This document shows, piece after piece, positions 1 to 8,965 of a stretch of 53,008 bases of DNA. Made by a program: the position numbers and the translations under genes. The notes under the pieces were generated by a model that made no database searches, was not told the DNA's origin, and worked only from the letters and a program-made list of their open reading frames with translations. Positions within the stretch are counted from its first letter, which is position 1. Each line of letters begins with the position of its first letter. Origin of the DNA: a virus (taxonomy: Duplodnaviria; Caudoviricetes); the IMG/VR virus record IMGVR_UViG_3300025120_013163, positions 1-53,008 of that record; one strand, given 5' to 3'.

Positions 1-2
1 GT

Positions 3-452
3 AACGTAGATATTGCAATGGGTATTCATGCTGGTGATCATGCAATTTATCCTGATTGTAGACAAGAATTTAGAGATGCAGATTATGAAGCATTTAAACA
101 AGGTAATTGGGAAGCTGATAAAGTAAAGTATTATACACCTTTTATAGATGGAGATAAATATGATATATTATTGGATGGTCAATCTGCATGTAAAATATTA
201 GATTTAGATTTTGATGAAGTTTATAAAAGAACTCACACTTCTTATAAACCTATTAAACATTACTATCGTCCTGAAACAAATGCATGGAAGTGGTACTCAG
301 ATTATAAATCAGCATCTTCTGTAGAAAGAATAGAGGCATTTATTAAATTAGGAAGACCTGATCCTGCAGAATATGCTGATGAAACAGGTCCTGTAGATTA
401 TAAAATAGCAGAAAATCATGTTAAACAATTATTAGAAAATCATGGAAAATAA
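3..452 (+). CDS. queC: 7-cyano-7-deazaguanine synthase, C-terminal part (5' truncated)
   Basis: GIHAGDHAIYPDCR motif and C-terminal VERIEAF; frame open to the window edge; next to queD/queE. Confidence 0.9.
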   Translation, partial: NVDIAMGIHAGDHAIYPDCRQEFRDADYEAFKQGNWEADKVKYYTPFIDGDKYDILLDGQSACKILDLDFDEVYKRTHTSYKPIKHYYRPETNAWKWYSDYKSASSVERIEAFIKLGRPDPAEYADETGPVDYKIAENHVKQLLENHGK

Positions 453-609
453 ACAACAACTACCAGATGCAAGACTTCACCAACAAATTAGTTTTGTAAA
501 ATCCGGTGTTAGGATAGTAGGTTATGCTGCTATTCCCTTTAGTTTGGGTTGGGCAGTTACTTTTCTTATCTTAAGTGAAGTAATAGGTATAATAGAAGAA
601 TTAGTATAA
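442..609 (+). CDS. small membrane protein (55 aa, not in ORF track)
   Basis: ATG442-TAA609, MENKQQLPDARLHQQISFVKSGVRIVGYAAIPFSLGWAVTFLILSEVIGIIEELV; hydrophobic; fills the gap. Confidence 0.7.
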   Translation: MENKQQLPDARLHQQISFVKSGVRIVGYAAIPFSLGWAVTFLILSEVIGIIEELV

Positions 610-627
610 ATTAAATTAAATAAAATT

Positions 628-885
628 ATGAATAAAGGAATATTATTTTTTAATGCTTCATGGTGTGAACCTTGTAAAGTATTAAAACCAGTAATGGATC
701 AAATTTCTAAAGAAGGTATAAATGTAAAAAGTATAAATACTGAATATGATGTACAATTTGTAGAACAGTATAATCCTAGAAGTATCCCTACATTAATATT
801 AACAGATATGGGAGGTAATGAAATTAAAAGAACTACAGCTGGTGGGTGGACTAAAGAACAAGTATTAAATTGGTTTAATAATTAA
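628..885 (+). CDS. thioredoxin
   Basis: FNASWCEPC active site and SIPTLI cis-Pro motif. Confidence 0.9.
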   Translation: MNKGILFFNASWCEPCKVLKPVMDQISKEGINVKSINTEYDVQFVEQYNPRSIPTLILTDMGGNEIKRTTAGGWTKEQVLNWFNN

Positions 886-887
886 TC

Positions 888-1370
888 ATGTTTACAAGTA
901 CAAAAGTTTTTGATGGTTTTAGTACTGTATTTCGTCAATGGAAAGCTAAAGATACACATTGTAGGTTTTTACATGGGTATGGGATTTCATTTAAAGTATG
1001 GTTTAAAGGTGAATTAGACCATAGAAATTGGGTTTGGGATTTTGGTGGAATGAAAAGAGCTAAAACCCTAATTGATGGCAAACAACCTAAGGCTTGGATG
1101 GATTTTATGTTTGACCATACAGTAATAATTGCTGAAGATGATCCTTTATTATCTGAATTTAAAATGTTAGATAATCTTCCTAATTTAGGAAATAACAATA
1201 AAGGTGGTATACAGTTAAGAATAATCCCCGCTACCGGCGCTGAAAAATTTGCTGAATATATTTATAATAAGCTTAATAATTTTGTTCAAACTGAGACTAA
1301 TAATAGAGTTAAAGTAACCCAAGTAGAATTTAGAGAACATAATAAAAACTCAGCAATTTATTCAGAATAA
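888..1370 (+). CDS. queD: 6-carboxy-5,6,7,8-tetrahydropterin synthase
   Basis: HCRFLHGY, WDFGG, FDHT, TGAE and REHNKNSA motifs. Confidence 0.92.
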   Translation: MFTSTKVFDGFSTVFRQWKAKDTHCRFLHGYGISFKVWFKGELDHRNWVWDFGGMKRAKTLIDGKQPKAWMDFMFDHTVIIAEDDPLLSEFKMLDNLPNLGNNNKGGIQLRIIPATGAEKFAEYIYNKLNNFVQTETNNRVKVTQVEFREHNKNSAIYSE

Positions 1371-1415
1371 TAAGTTATTAACAGTGAATGAAAAACCACT
1401 TTAAAAAATTAACAC

Positions 1416-2198
1416 ATGCACAAACAATTAAAAAGGATAGAGGACTATAACAAAACTCTTCCCGTATTAGAAGTATACACAGCAGTACAATCAGAAGGTA
1501 GTCGTCAAGGTTATCCAACTATTGTAATTAGAACAACAGGCTGTACTCACAGATGTTTTTTTGGCGAAGGGGGATGGTGTGATAGTTGGTATACAAGTAT
1601 TCACCCTGAAAAAGGAACATATTCATTTCAAGATATTATAGATGTATATGATCAAAATCCCCATATAAAAGAGATGATGTTAACTGGGGGATCTCCAACA
1701 ATGCATCCTAAACTAGTAAACGAATTAACACATTTTGCACATGAGAGTAATATATTTATTACTATTGAAACTGAAGGTTCTCACTTTCTCCCCACAGATT
1801 ATCCTATTAATCTTCTATCTATTAGCCCTAAGTTTTCTAATTCTGTTCCAAAGTTAGGAGCAGTAACACCCCAAGGGAAAGATGTTGATGAAAGGATGAT
1901 TAAGACACATAATAGGTTAAGATTAAATTATGAAGCAATAAATCAATCTATTGAATATCATTCTGATTATCATATTAAACCTGTATTAGATAAAGATCTA
2001 TCTATGGTAGAAGAAGTAGAAAATTTTCTAAAGGAATGTAACATACCAGATGATAAAGTTTGGGCTATGCCTGCTGGGGATACTAGAGAAAGTTTAATGG
2101 AATCCTATCCTGAAGTAATGAATTTTGTAAGAGATAGAGGTTGGAGATTTACAGGTAGATCTCATATTATGGCTTTTAACACTGAACGTTGTGTCTAA
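1416..2198 (+). CDS. queE: 7-carboxy-7-deazaguanine synthase (radical SAM)
   Basis: VQSEG, IRTTGC, CX3CX7C, LTGGSP, IETEG and SISPK motifs. Confidence 0.92.
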   Translation: MHKQLKRIEDYNKTLPVLEVYTAVQSEGSRQGYPTIVIRTTGCTHRCFFGEGGWCDSWYTSIHPEKGTYSFQDIIDVYDQNPHIKEMMLTGGSPTMHPKLVNELTHFAHESNIFITIETEGSHFLPTDYPINLLSISPKFSNSVPKLGAVTPQGKDVDERMIKTHNRLRLNYEAINQSIEYHSDYHIKPVLDKDLSMVEEVENFLKECNIPDDKVWAMPAGDTRESLMESYPEVMNFVRDRGWRFTGRSHIMAFNTERCV

Positions 2199-2325
2199 AG
2201 AAGAAGCATTAGAAATATTAGAAGAAATAGAAGAAAATGTAAATACTTGCTGTGCTATAACTATGGAACCAGAGGAAGTATTAGTATTAATAGATAAATT
2301 AAAAGAATATATAAAAAATGTATAA
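2191..2325 (+). CDS. small acidic hypothetical protein (44 aa, GTG start)
   Basis: MSKEEALEILEEIEENVNTCCAITMEPEEV...; overlaps the queE stop and the next start. Confidence 0.55.
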   Translation: MSKEEALEILEEIEENVNTCCAITMEPEEVLVLIDKLKEYIKNV

Positions 2326-2659
2326 ATATAACGCAAAATTAGATAGAGTAGTTGATGGAGACACTGTTGACGCACTTGTAGATTTAGGATTTGACACTTG
2401 GAAAAAAGTAAGAATCAGAATGATGGGTATTAATGCTCCTGAGTCTAGAACTAGAGATTTAGAAGAAAAAAAATTAGGTTTAGCTTCTAAAGCAAGACTT
2501 ATAGAAATGTTAGGTGATGGAGAATTTATTCTTCAATCTCATGGTGTAGGAAAATATGGGAGATGCTTAGGAGAAATTTTTAAAGAAGATGAAGTAAGTA
2601 TTAATAGGCAGTTAATTTATGAGGGCCATGCCACAGAATATTTTGGAGGAAAAAGATAA
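2318..2659 (+). CDS. thermonuclease (SNase-like) family protein
   Basis: RVVDGDTV, IRMMGINAPE and GKYGRCLG motifs. Confidence 0.9.
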   Translation: MYKYNAKLDRVVDGDTVDALVDLGFDTWKKVRIRMMGINAPESRTRDLEEKKLGLASKARLIEMLGDGEFILQSHGVGKYGRCLGEIFKEDEVSINRQLIYEGHATEYFGGKR

Positions 2660-2660
2660 T

Positions 2661-3062
2661 ATGGAAAATAAAATTTATGTTGGGTGGAAAGAAATTGAAG
2701 AATTAGTTGATAATTTATGTTATCAAATAAAAACTTCACATACTAATATTAAATATGTACATGGTTTAAAAAGAGGAGGATTAATTCCTGCCGTTTTAGT
2801 TTCACATATTTTAGATTTAGAATATATAGATACTCCTAAACATTATGAACCTATGGAGTGTTTAATAGTAGATGATATATGTGATAGTGGGGAAACCTTA
2901 AAAAAATGTGGGAAAGAATACCCTACAGCAGTATTACATTATAAACCTTATACATCATGTTTAGAGCCTACAATGTATGCTTTTGTACATGAAGGAGACG
3001 AATGGATAATTTATCCTTGGGAAAGAGATGATAGTGAAACTATACAAGATTACCTAAAATAG
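2661..3062 (+). CDS. type I phosphoribosyltransferase (xanthine/guanine PRT-like)
   Basis: GLKRGGLIPA, PRPP loop LIVDDICDSGETL, WIIYPWE; start placed at ATG2661. Confidence 0.88.
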   Translation: MENKIYVGWKEIEELVDNLCYQIKTSHTNIKYVHGLKRGGLIPAVLVSHILDLEYIDTPKHYEPMECLIVDDICDSGETLKKCGKEYPTAVLHYKPYTSCLEPTMYAFVHEGDEWIIYPWERDDSETIQDYLK

Positions 3063-3092
3063 TTTGGTTTTCTAATAAAGTTTTCGTATATT
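3063..3092 (+). promoter_or_regulatory. repeated promoter TGG-N15-TTCGTATATT
   Basis: tttgg-ttttctaataaagtt-ttcgtatatt upstream of folE. Confidence 0.8.
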
Positions 3093-3110
3093 AACGTAAA
3101 ATAAATAAAA

Positions 3111-3809
3111 ATGGCAAAAAATAAAAACGCTAAAATTCATGAAAAATTAGAAGTTGTACAAAAAGGTTTTGCAAATGGGGTTGCAACTAATTTTCCTTTA
3201 AGTGATAAACAAAAGGAAAAAATGATTGAAAAAGCAACTAAAGCATATGGGGAATTTTTAACTGCATTAGATTGTGATTGGGAAAATGATCCTAATTCAA
3301 ATGATACACCTAGACGTGTAGCTAAAGCTTATGTAAATGATTTATGGGCTGGTAGATATACAGCTATGTCTCCTATAACATCTTTTCCTTCAGATGGTTA
3401 TGATGGAATTGTAATTGAAAGAAATATTCCATTAACATCTATGTGTTCACATCATCACCAAACAATTAGTGGTGTAGTTCATATAGGTTATATAGCTGGA
3501 GAAGATGGTCAAGTAGTTGGATTATCTAAATTAAATAGAATAGTTGAATTATTTGGGCGAAGAGGAGCTATACAAGAACAATTAACATCAGCTATTCATA
3601 ATGCTGTGCATCATATTACTGAAGGTAATAGAGGTGTTATAGTAACTATAGTTGCAGGACATAATTGTGTAAGTTGTAGAGGAGTTAAACATCAAGGAGC
3701 AGGTATGGTAACTACTAAAGCATCAGGTGTATTTAGACAAAATACTAATTTAGCAAGAAAAGAGTTTTTTGACAGTTTAAAAATTAATAATGGAGGACAT
3801 CAAATTTAA
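3111..3809 (+). CDS. folE: GTP cyclohydrolase I
   Basis: DTPRRVAK, SMCSHH, GLSKLNR, IQEQLT and HNCVSCRGV motifs. Confidence 0.95.
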   Translation: MAKNKNAKIHEKLEVVQKGFANGVATNFPLSDKQKEKMIEKATKAYGEFLTALDCDWENDPNSNDTPRRVAKAYVNDLWAGRYTAMSPITSFPSDGYDGIVIERNIPLTSMCSHHHQTISGVVHIGYIAGEDGQVVGLSKLNRIVELFGRRGAIQEQLTSAIHNAVHHITEGNRGVIVTIVAGHNCVSCRGVKHQGAGMVTTKASGVFRQNTNLARKEFFDSLKINNGGHQI

Positions 3810-3819
3810 AAAAAAAGTT

Positions 3820-4338
3820 ATGAGTGAAAAAAAAGAAAAATTAGGTAATAAGTATTGGAATGTACCCTTTGTAAATGAGGTAGAAGAATTCAATGAAACA
3901 TTTGGTAAACCAAATAATTACGAACCAACAATCCCTGAAAAAAAAGAATGGATGTTTGTTTATGATTTTATTCAAGAAGAATTAGCTGAATATAAAGAAG
4001 CTTGTGAAAAAGGTGATATTGTAGAAGTTTTAGATGCATTGTGTGATATTGCTTATGTTTCATTAGGTAATGGAACTATGTTACATGGTTTGAAGGGTCA
4101 TATTTGGAAAGCATATCAAGAAGTTCAAGCATCAAATATGTCTAAATCTTGTGTTAATGAAGCAGAAGCTAATTTAACTGTAACCCAACGAGCTAAAGAA
4201 CAAGATGAAGCTTGTCATTGGGAGAAAATTGGAAATCGTTATGTTGTTTATAGAACAAGAGATAGAAAAGTAATGAAATCCATTAACTATTTTAGACCAG
4301 ATTTAAAACAATTTTTTCACAAAGAAGATTTAAAATAA
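3820..4338 (+). CDS. MazG-like all-alpha NTP pyrophosphohydrolase (DR2231/dUTPase-like)
   Basis: EELAEY...EVLDALCDIAYV and EVQASNMSK; start placed at ATG3820 after an aaaagttATG leader. Confidence 0.85.
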   Translation: MSEKKEKLGNKYWNVPFVNEVEEFNETFGKPNNYEPTIPEKKEWMFVYDFIQEELAEYKEACEKGDIVEVLDALCDIAYVSLGNGTMLHGLKGHIWKAYQEVQASNMSKSCVNEAEANLTVTQRAKEQDEACHWEKIGNRYVVYRTRDRKVMKSINYFRPDLKQFFHKEDLK

Positions 4339-4341
4339 TAG

Positions 4342-6021
4342 ATGTATAAAAAAGCATTTGCAAGACGTATTAAAGGTAATAAACATTTAATACATTTATG
4401 GACAGATGAAGGTTATGAAAAAGTAGAATGGGACAATCAAGCTTACATTGAATGTCCTGATCATGAAGCAACTTTTACTGGGTTAAATGGCGAACCATTA
4501 AAGAAAACTAAATATTGGAATAATGAAGATAGTAGGATTCATTTTGGTGATATGCCTGCTCATCAAAAATTTCTAATTGAAAAGTATGGTATTGATGATA
4601 CCCCATCTACAACTCATAGAGAATTATTTTTTGATATTGAGTGTGAAATGGGGGATGCTTTAACCCCTGAATACATTCAAAGTGCTCCCAAAAGAATTAC
4701 ATCAATTGCTTGGTATGATAAACAAATGGACCAGTGGGGTATTGTTATTTTAGATGAAAAAAAACAATTAAAACATACTAAAACTAAAAACAACAAAGAA
4801 ATTATTCCTTGTGGGGATGAAACTGAATTATTAAGTAAATTCTTAGAGCGATTTAGAGATATTGATCCTGATATTATTGTAGGATGGAATAGTGATTATT
4901 TTGATATTCCCTATTTATATTATAGATTATGTAATGTTTTAGGTCAGGATTTTGCTAGATTTTTATCTCCCATAGGTTATGTAAGAGAAACACCTTGGTA
5001 TAAAGACCAATATATTCAAATATGTGGGGTTGAATCTTTAGATTATATGCGTTTACATAAAAAATATAGTTGGGCAGATGAACCTTCAATGAGATTAGAT
5101 GCAATTGGAGAGAAATATGTTGGGATGAATAAAATTGAGTATGAAGGTAATTTAGATGATTTATTTAACACTGATATTCAGAAATTTATTAGGTATAATT
5201 TTGTGGATGTTGAAATATTAAAATTATTAGATGAAAAATTAGATTATTTAGCTTTAACAAAAAATCTAGCTCATAAAGGAAAACATAATTATAGTGAAGT
5301 ATATGCTAATACTAAAACACAAGATGGAGCAATTTCAGCTTATTTATTAAGTAAAAAAATAATTCCACCTGCTAAAGATCGTAATCCTATTCATAAAAAA
5401 GGATATGCTGGTGGTTATTTATTTTGTCCCCAAGCTGGTTTATATAATTATATGTTTGATGAGGATTTAACATCACTATACCCCTCAATTATTATGACTG
5501 TTAATATCGGTAAAGAAACAATGGTAGCTAGAATTATTGATGCTGATGACAGAAATAATAGATTAGGATTAAATGATTTAAAAGCTAAAGATCCTAAAGA
5601 AGAAATATTAATCGAAAACATTAAACGTAAACGTACTAAAGTTACTATAGGAGATTTAATTGGATTTATTGAAAAAAATAATTGGGCTATCTCAGCAAAT
5701 GGTGTTATGTTTAGTACAAATCGTGAATCAGTATTATCAACTATATTAAATAAATGGTTTGATGAAAGAGTATTGTATAAAAATAAAATGAAAAAAGCAT
5801 ATAAATCAGGTAATAAAGAACTGGGTGCTGCTTATCACATGAAACAATATACTATGAAAATTTTATTAAATAGTTTATATGGTGCTACTGCATTAGGTTC
5901 GTTTAGATATGGTAATGTAGTGTTATCTGAAGCTATTACATTAAGTGGTCAGCGTATTATCCAAGAAAGTGCTTTATGCGCTAATAGACATATGAATAAA
6001 GTAATTAAAGGAAAAATATGA
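4342..6021 (+). CDS. family B DNA polymerase, N-terminal part (exonuclease, motifs A and B)
   Basis: FFDIE, GWNSDYFDIPY, YNFVDV, DLTSLYPSII and KILLNSLYG. Confidence 0.95.
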   Translation: MYKKAFARRIKGNKHLIHLWTDEGYEKVEWDNQAYIECPDHEATFTGLNGEPLKKTKYWNNEDSRIHFGDMPAHQKFLIEKYGIDDTPSTTHRELFFDIECEMGDALTPEYIQSAPKRITSIAWYDKQMDQWGIVILDEKKQLKHTKTKNNKEIIPCGDETELLSKFLERFRDIDPDIIVGWNSDYFDIPYLYYRLCNVLGQDFARFLSPIGYVRETPWYKDQYIQICGVESLDYMRLHKKYSWADEPSMRLDAIGEKYVGMNKIEYEGNLDDLFNTDIQKFIRYNFVDVEILKLLDEKLDYLALTKNLAHKGKHNYSEVYANTKTQDGAISAYLLSKKIIPPAKDRNPIHKKGYAGGYLFCPQAGLYNYMFDEDLTSLYPSIIMTVNIGKETMVARIIDADDRNNRLGLNDLKAKDPKEEILIENIKRKRTKVTIGDLIGFIEKNNWAISANGVMFSTNRESVLSTILNKWFDERVLYKNKMKKAYKSGNKELGAAYHMKQYTMKILLNSLYGATALGSFRYGNVVLSEAITLSGQRIIQESALCANRHMNKVIKGKI

Positions 6022-6947
6022 AACACTTAGAAGATACTCCATGGTGGATTTGCGACCCAGGTGATGTAAATTATTGCGCTTATGTTGATACAGATTCCAA
6101 TTATTTTAATGCAGAACCCTTACTAAGACATTTGTATCCTAACTTTGATGAAATGTCTGATTCAGAACGAGATACTGTTTTAGAAAAAGAAGCACTTAAA
6201 TATCAAGATATTATAACAAATGATTATGATAAATTAGCTAAAGAATGTTTTAATGTCACTTCTCACAGATTAGAAATGAAAACTGAATGTGTGATTAGAT
6301 CAGCTTATTTTAGAGCTACAAGACGTTATGCACAATGGATTACTAAACAAGAAGGTATTGAAAATGAAATATTAGATGTAAAGGGATTAGAATTTAAAAA
6401 AGCTAATTTCCCCCCTGTATTTGGTAAATTTTTTAAAAGTTGTTTAGAACAAGTACTTAAAGGAGTACCTAAACATGAGATTGATTCTCAATTATTAGAA
6501 TTTAGAAGACAAATATTGAGTGGGGAAATACCTTTAGAAAAAATAGGAAATCCCCAAGCCGTTAAAAAGTTAAATAAATTTACAGAACGTAAAGCTCGTG
6601 CTGGAGAAATGTTTTCTTCAATAGGTAAAGGAGCACCTGCTGCTGTTAAAGCTTCTATCATTTATAATGACCTATTAAGGTTTTGGAAATTAGATAAAAA
6701 GTATAGTTATATCACTCAAGGAGAAAAAATTAAGTGGATTTATTTAAAAAATAATCCTTATAGAATTGATGCTATTGCTTTCCTAGATTATGATATACCA
6801 AAACAAATTCGTACATTTATTGAGCAATATGCTGATAGACAAAAAGTGTTTGAAAGTATACTATTAAATAAGTTAGAGGGATTTTATAATGATCTAGGTT
6901 GGTCATTAAGTTTAAACCCCCATAGAAATAAATTTTTTAATTTTTAA
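6018..6947 (+). CDS. family B DNA polymerase, C-terminal part (motif C, thumb)
   Basis: YVDTDS, RRYA, VKGLE; ATGA overlap with the upstream half. Confidence 0.93.
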   Translation: MKHLEDTPWWICDPGDVNYCAYVDTDSNYFNAEPLLRHLYPNFDEMSDSERDTVLEKEALKYQDIITNDYDKLAKECFNVTSHRLEMKTECVIRSAYFRATRRYAQWITKQEGIENEILDVKGLEFKKANFPPVFGKFFKSCLEQVLKGVPKHEIDSQLLEFRRQILSGEIPLEKIGNPQAVKKLNKFTERKARAGEMFSSIGKGAPAAVKASIIYNDLLRFWKLDKKYSYITQGEKIKWIYLKNNPYRIDAIAFLDYDIPKQIRTFIEQYADRQKVFESILLNKLEGFYNDLGWSLSLNPHRNKFFNF

Positions 6948-6948
6948 T

Positions 6949-7347
6949 ATGACTAAAAATAAAGATAAAGATAAAGATAAACCTGATATGTTTGCAGAAA
7001 ATAAGGCGATTATGCCTTATGGTGATAGTGTAGCAGCTCCTAAAATTGATTTACCAAATACTAATGCCTGGGTAGCCCAACAATCAGTAGATGTAAATAA
7101 TTATTTATCTACTAAATTTATAGAATTAAAAGAAGAATATGCGAAACTTATAACTTTATATAAATGGAATGAATTAGTTAATAAATCTGAATTTAGTTTT
7201 ATTCCTATTAAAGGACATACATATTATCTTTATCAAAGAGAAGATGAAAAATTATTTTTATCTTTAATTGAACCTGAATATTGGAATCAATTATTTGTAG
7301 GAGAAGTAACCTTAGATTCAGATAATAAATGGATAAAAAAACAATAA
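6949..7347 (+). CDS. DUF2452-like protein
   Basis: MPYG..V.APKI, FSFIPIKGHTYYLY and LSLIEP pattern. Confidence 0.7.
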   Translation: MTKNKDKDKDKPDMFAENKAIMPYGDSVAAPKIDLPNTNAWVAQQSVDVNNYLSTKFIELKEEYAKLITLYKWNELVNKSEFSFIPIKGHTYYLYQREDEKLFLSLIEPEYWNQLFVGEVTLDSDNKWIKKQ

Positions 7348-7348
7348 A

Positions 7349-8095
7349 ATGATAAATAAATCAAAATTACAATCAATAATATCAAAATATTATTTAAATG
7401 GGTTGGTACAATCTGTAAGATGGGTAACTAAAAATAATAAATTAAGTATTAGTTTTACTTCAGAACACAAAGACATAGCTGGAGATTTAGTATGTAATAC
7501 TTCACCTGTAGAGGATAGTGAAATAGCAATATTTGATACCTCTCAATTAAATAAATTAATATCAGTTACTAATGGGGAATTATTACTTACTTTGGAAAAA
7601 GAACATAAAGTATATTCTAAACTACACATTCAAGATAATTCATTTAATGTAGCTTATTCTTTAGCAGATTCATTATTAGTTCCTAAAAGGGGGACAATTA
7701 ATTTTCCTACTGAATATGATGTAATAATTGATTTAACACCTGAAATTGTAAGCAATTTTATTAAAGCAAAAAGTGCATTAACTGATATAAATGATGTAAT
7801 GATTAGTACTGAAGAAGATCCTGATAGAGGAGCTGTAGTACAATTTGCATTTGGGGATTTAAATAATTTTTCAAATAAAATTAAATATATTGTAGATGAA
7901 AATTTAGAAATAAATAAACAATTAAAATTACCTTTTAATTCAGATTCATTTAAAAATATACTAGCAGCAAATAAAGATTTAGAAAGTGGTAAACTTTCAT
8001 TAACAGAGGAAGGATTTATGAAATTAGAATTCCAATCAGAAGATATAAAGACTTTATACTATATGGTAAGAAAAGAAGATGCCACATATGTATAA
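7349..8095 (+). CDS. sliding clamp (gp45/PCNA-like)
   Basis: 248 aa, beta-rich two-domain pattern (IAIFDTSQL...MKLEF...YYMV); located between polymerase and clamp loader. Confidence 0.7.
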   Translation: MINKSKLQSIISKYYLNGLVQSVRWVTKNNKLSISFTSEHKDIAGDLVCNTSPVEDSEIAIFDTSQLNKLISVTNGELLLTLEKEHKVYSKLHIQDNSFNVAYSLADSLLVPKRGTINFPTEYDVIIDLTPEIVSNFIKAKSALTDINDVMISTEEDPDRGAVVQFAFGDLNNFSNKIKYIVDENLEINKQLKLPFNSDSFKNILAANKDLESGKLSLTEEGFMKLEFQSEDIKTLYYMVRKEDATYV

Positions 8096-8102
8096 TAAAT
8101 TG

Positions 8103-8613
8103 ACCTAAGGGCGCAAGTTTTAAATTATTTATTAACCGCTGATCTTAATGACAGCATAAAAACAAAGTGATATGAGTACACATTTTTTAGAGAGGTCACA
8201 CCATCCGTTTGACCTATTATTTCGAAATTTATTCGAAGCAAACACCCAATTCGTTCCGGCTACAGAAGCCAAACAACAATACCCAATTAATATTTTTGAA
8301 GATGATATAGGTTTAACTTTTGAGTTAGCTTGTACTGGCATTCCTAAAGAAGCCATTGAAGTTAAATTAGAAGGAGACATGATCACCTTTAACTACGATA
8401 AGGAGAAAACACCAGATTCTCCCTCCCGAAATTATATTCATAGAGGAATAGCAAAACGTTCTTTTAATTTAGGATATAAAGTAGGGACTAAGTTTGATCT
8501 TAAAAAAGCAACAGCTAATTTTCATGATGGTTTACTAATTGTGACAATCCCATTTGCAAAAGAAGCTATGCCAAAAGTTTTAAAAATTAACTAACCAAAC
8601 GCGCCCTTTAGGT
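8103..8613. repeat. inverted repeat pair flanking hsp20
   Basis: acctaagggcgc (8103-8114) and gcgccctttaggt (8601-8613) are complementary apart from one extra T. Confidence 0.7.
8172..8594 (+). CDS. small heat shock protein (Hsp20/IbpA family)
   Basis: YPINI, ELACTG, YIHRGIAKRSF and DGLLIV motifs. Confidence 0.93.
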   Translation: MSTHFLERSHHPFDLLFRNLFEANTQFVPATEAKQQYPINIFEDDIGLTFELACTGIPKEAIEVKLEGDMITFNYDKEKTPDSPSRNYIHRGIAKRSFNLGYKVGTKFDLKKATANFHDGLLIVTIPFAKEAMPKVLKIN

Positions 8614-8641
8614 TGGTTTACCCAAATTTTCTTCGTATATT
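8613..8641 (+). promoter_or_regulatory. repeated promoter TGG-N15-TTCGTATATT
   Basis: ttgg-tttacccaaattttc-ttcgtatatt upstream of the groES/groEL unit. Confidence 0.8.
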
Positions 8642-8668
8642 ATACCATAATTAAAAAATTAAAGTTAT

Positions 8669-8965
8669 ATGACTATTATTAGAGATCCATTATTAGAGCC
8701 TTATTTTATAGGTAAAGATGCATATTGCTATACAGCATATGAAGTGATAACACCACAAAAAAAATATTTAGAAAAAGGCAGTTTAGGTAAAAATTATGAA
8801 AAACCTATAGGCCATTATAGTGATTTTGGTAATGCTTTAAAAGCTATTATGAAACATCAACTAAATGAAAAAAATAAAGAATATCCATCTGTTCAAGAAT
8901 ACCTGGATAAATGGAATAAAATTAAATCAAATTTAAATAACCTTATTAAAAAAATTACAATATGA
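8669..8965 (+). CDS. hypothetical protein
   Basis: 98 aa ORF, coupled to groES. Confidence 0.75.
   Translation: MTIIRDPLLEPYFIGKDAYCYTAYEVITPQKKYLEKGSLGKNYEKPIGHYSDFGNALKAIMKHQLNEKNKEYPSVQEYLDKWNKIKSNLNNLIKKITI

Noticed and set aside
5510-5700. Intein in PolB between motifs A and B
   Set aside because: Short insertion with no Cys/Ser start, His-Asn end or LAGLIDADG motif
6958-6981. aaagat tandem repeat (KDKDKD)
   Set aside because: Short in-frame low-complexity repeat with no sign of phase variation
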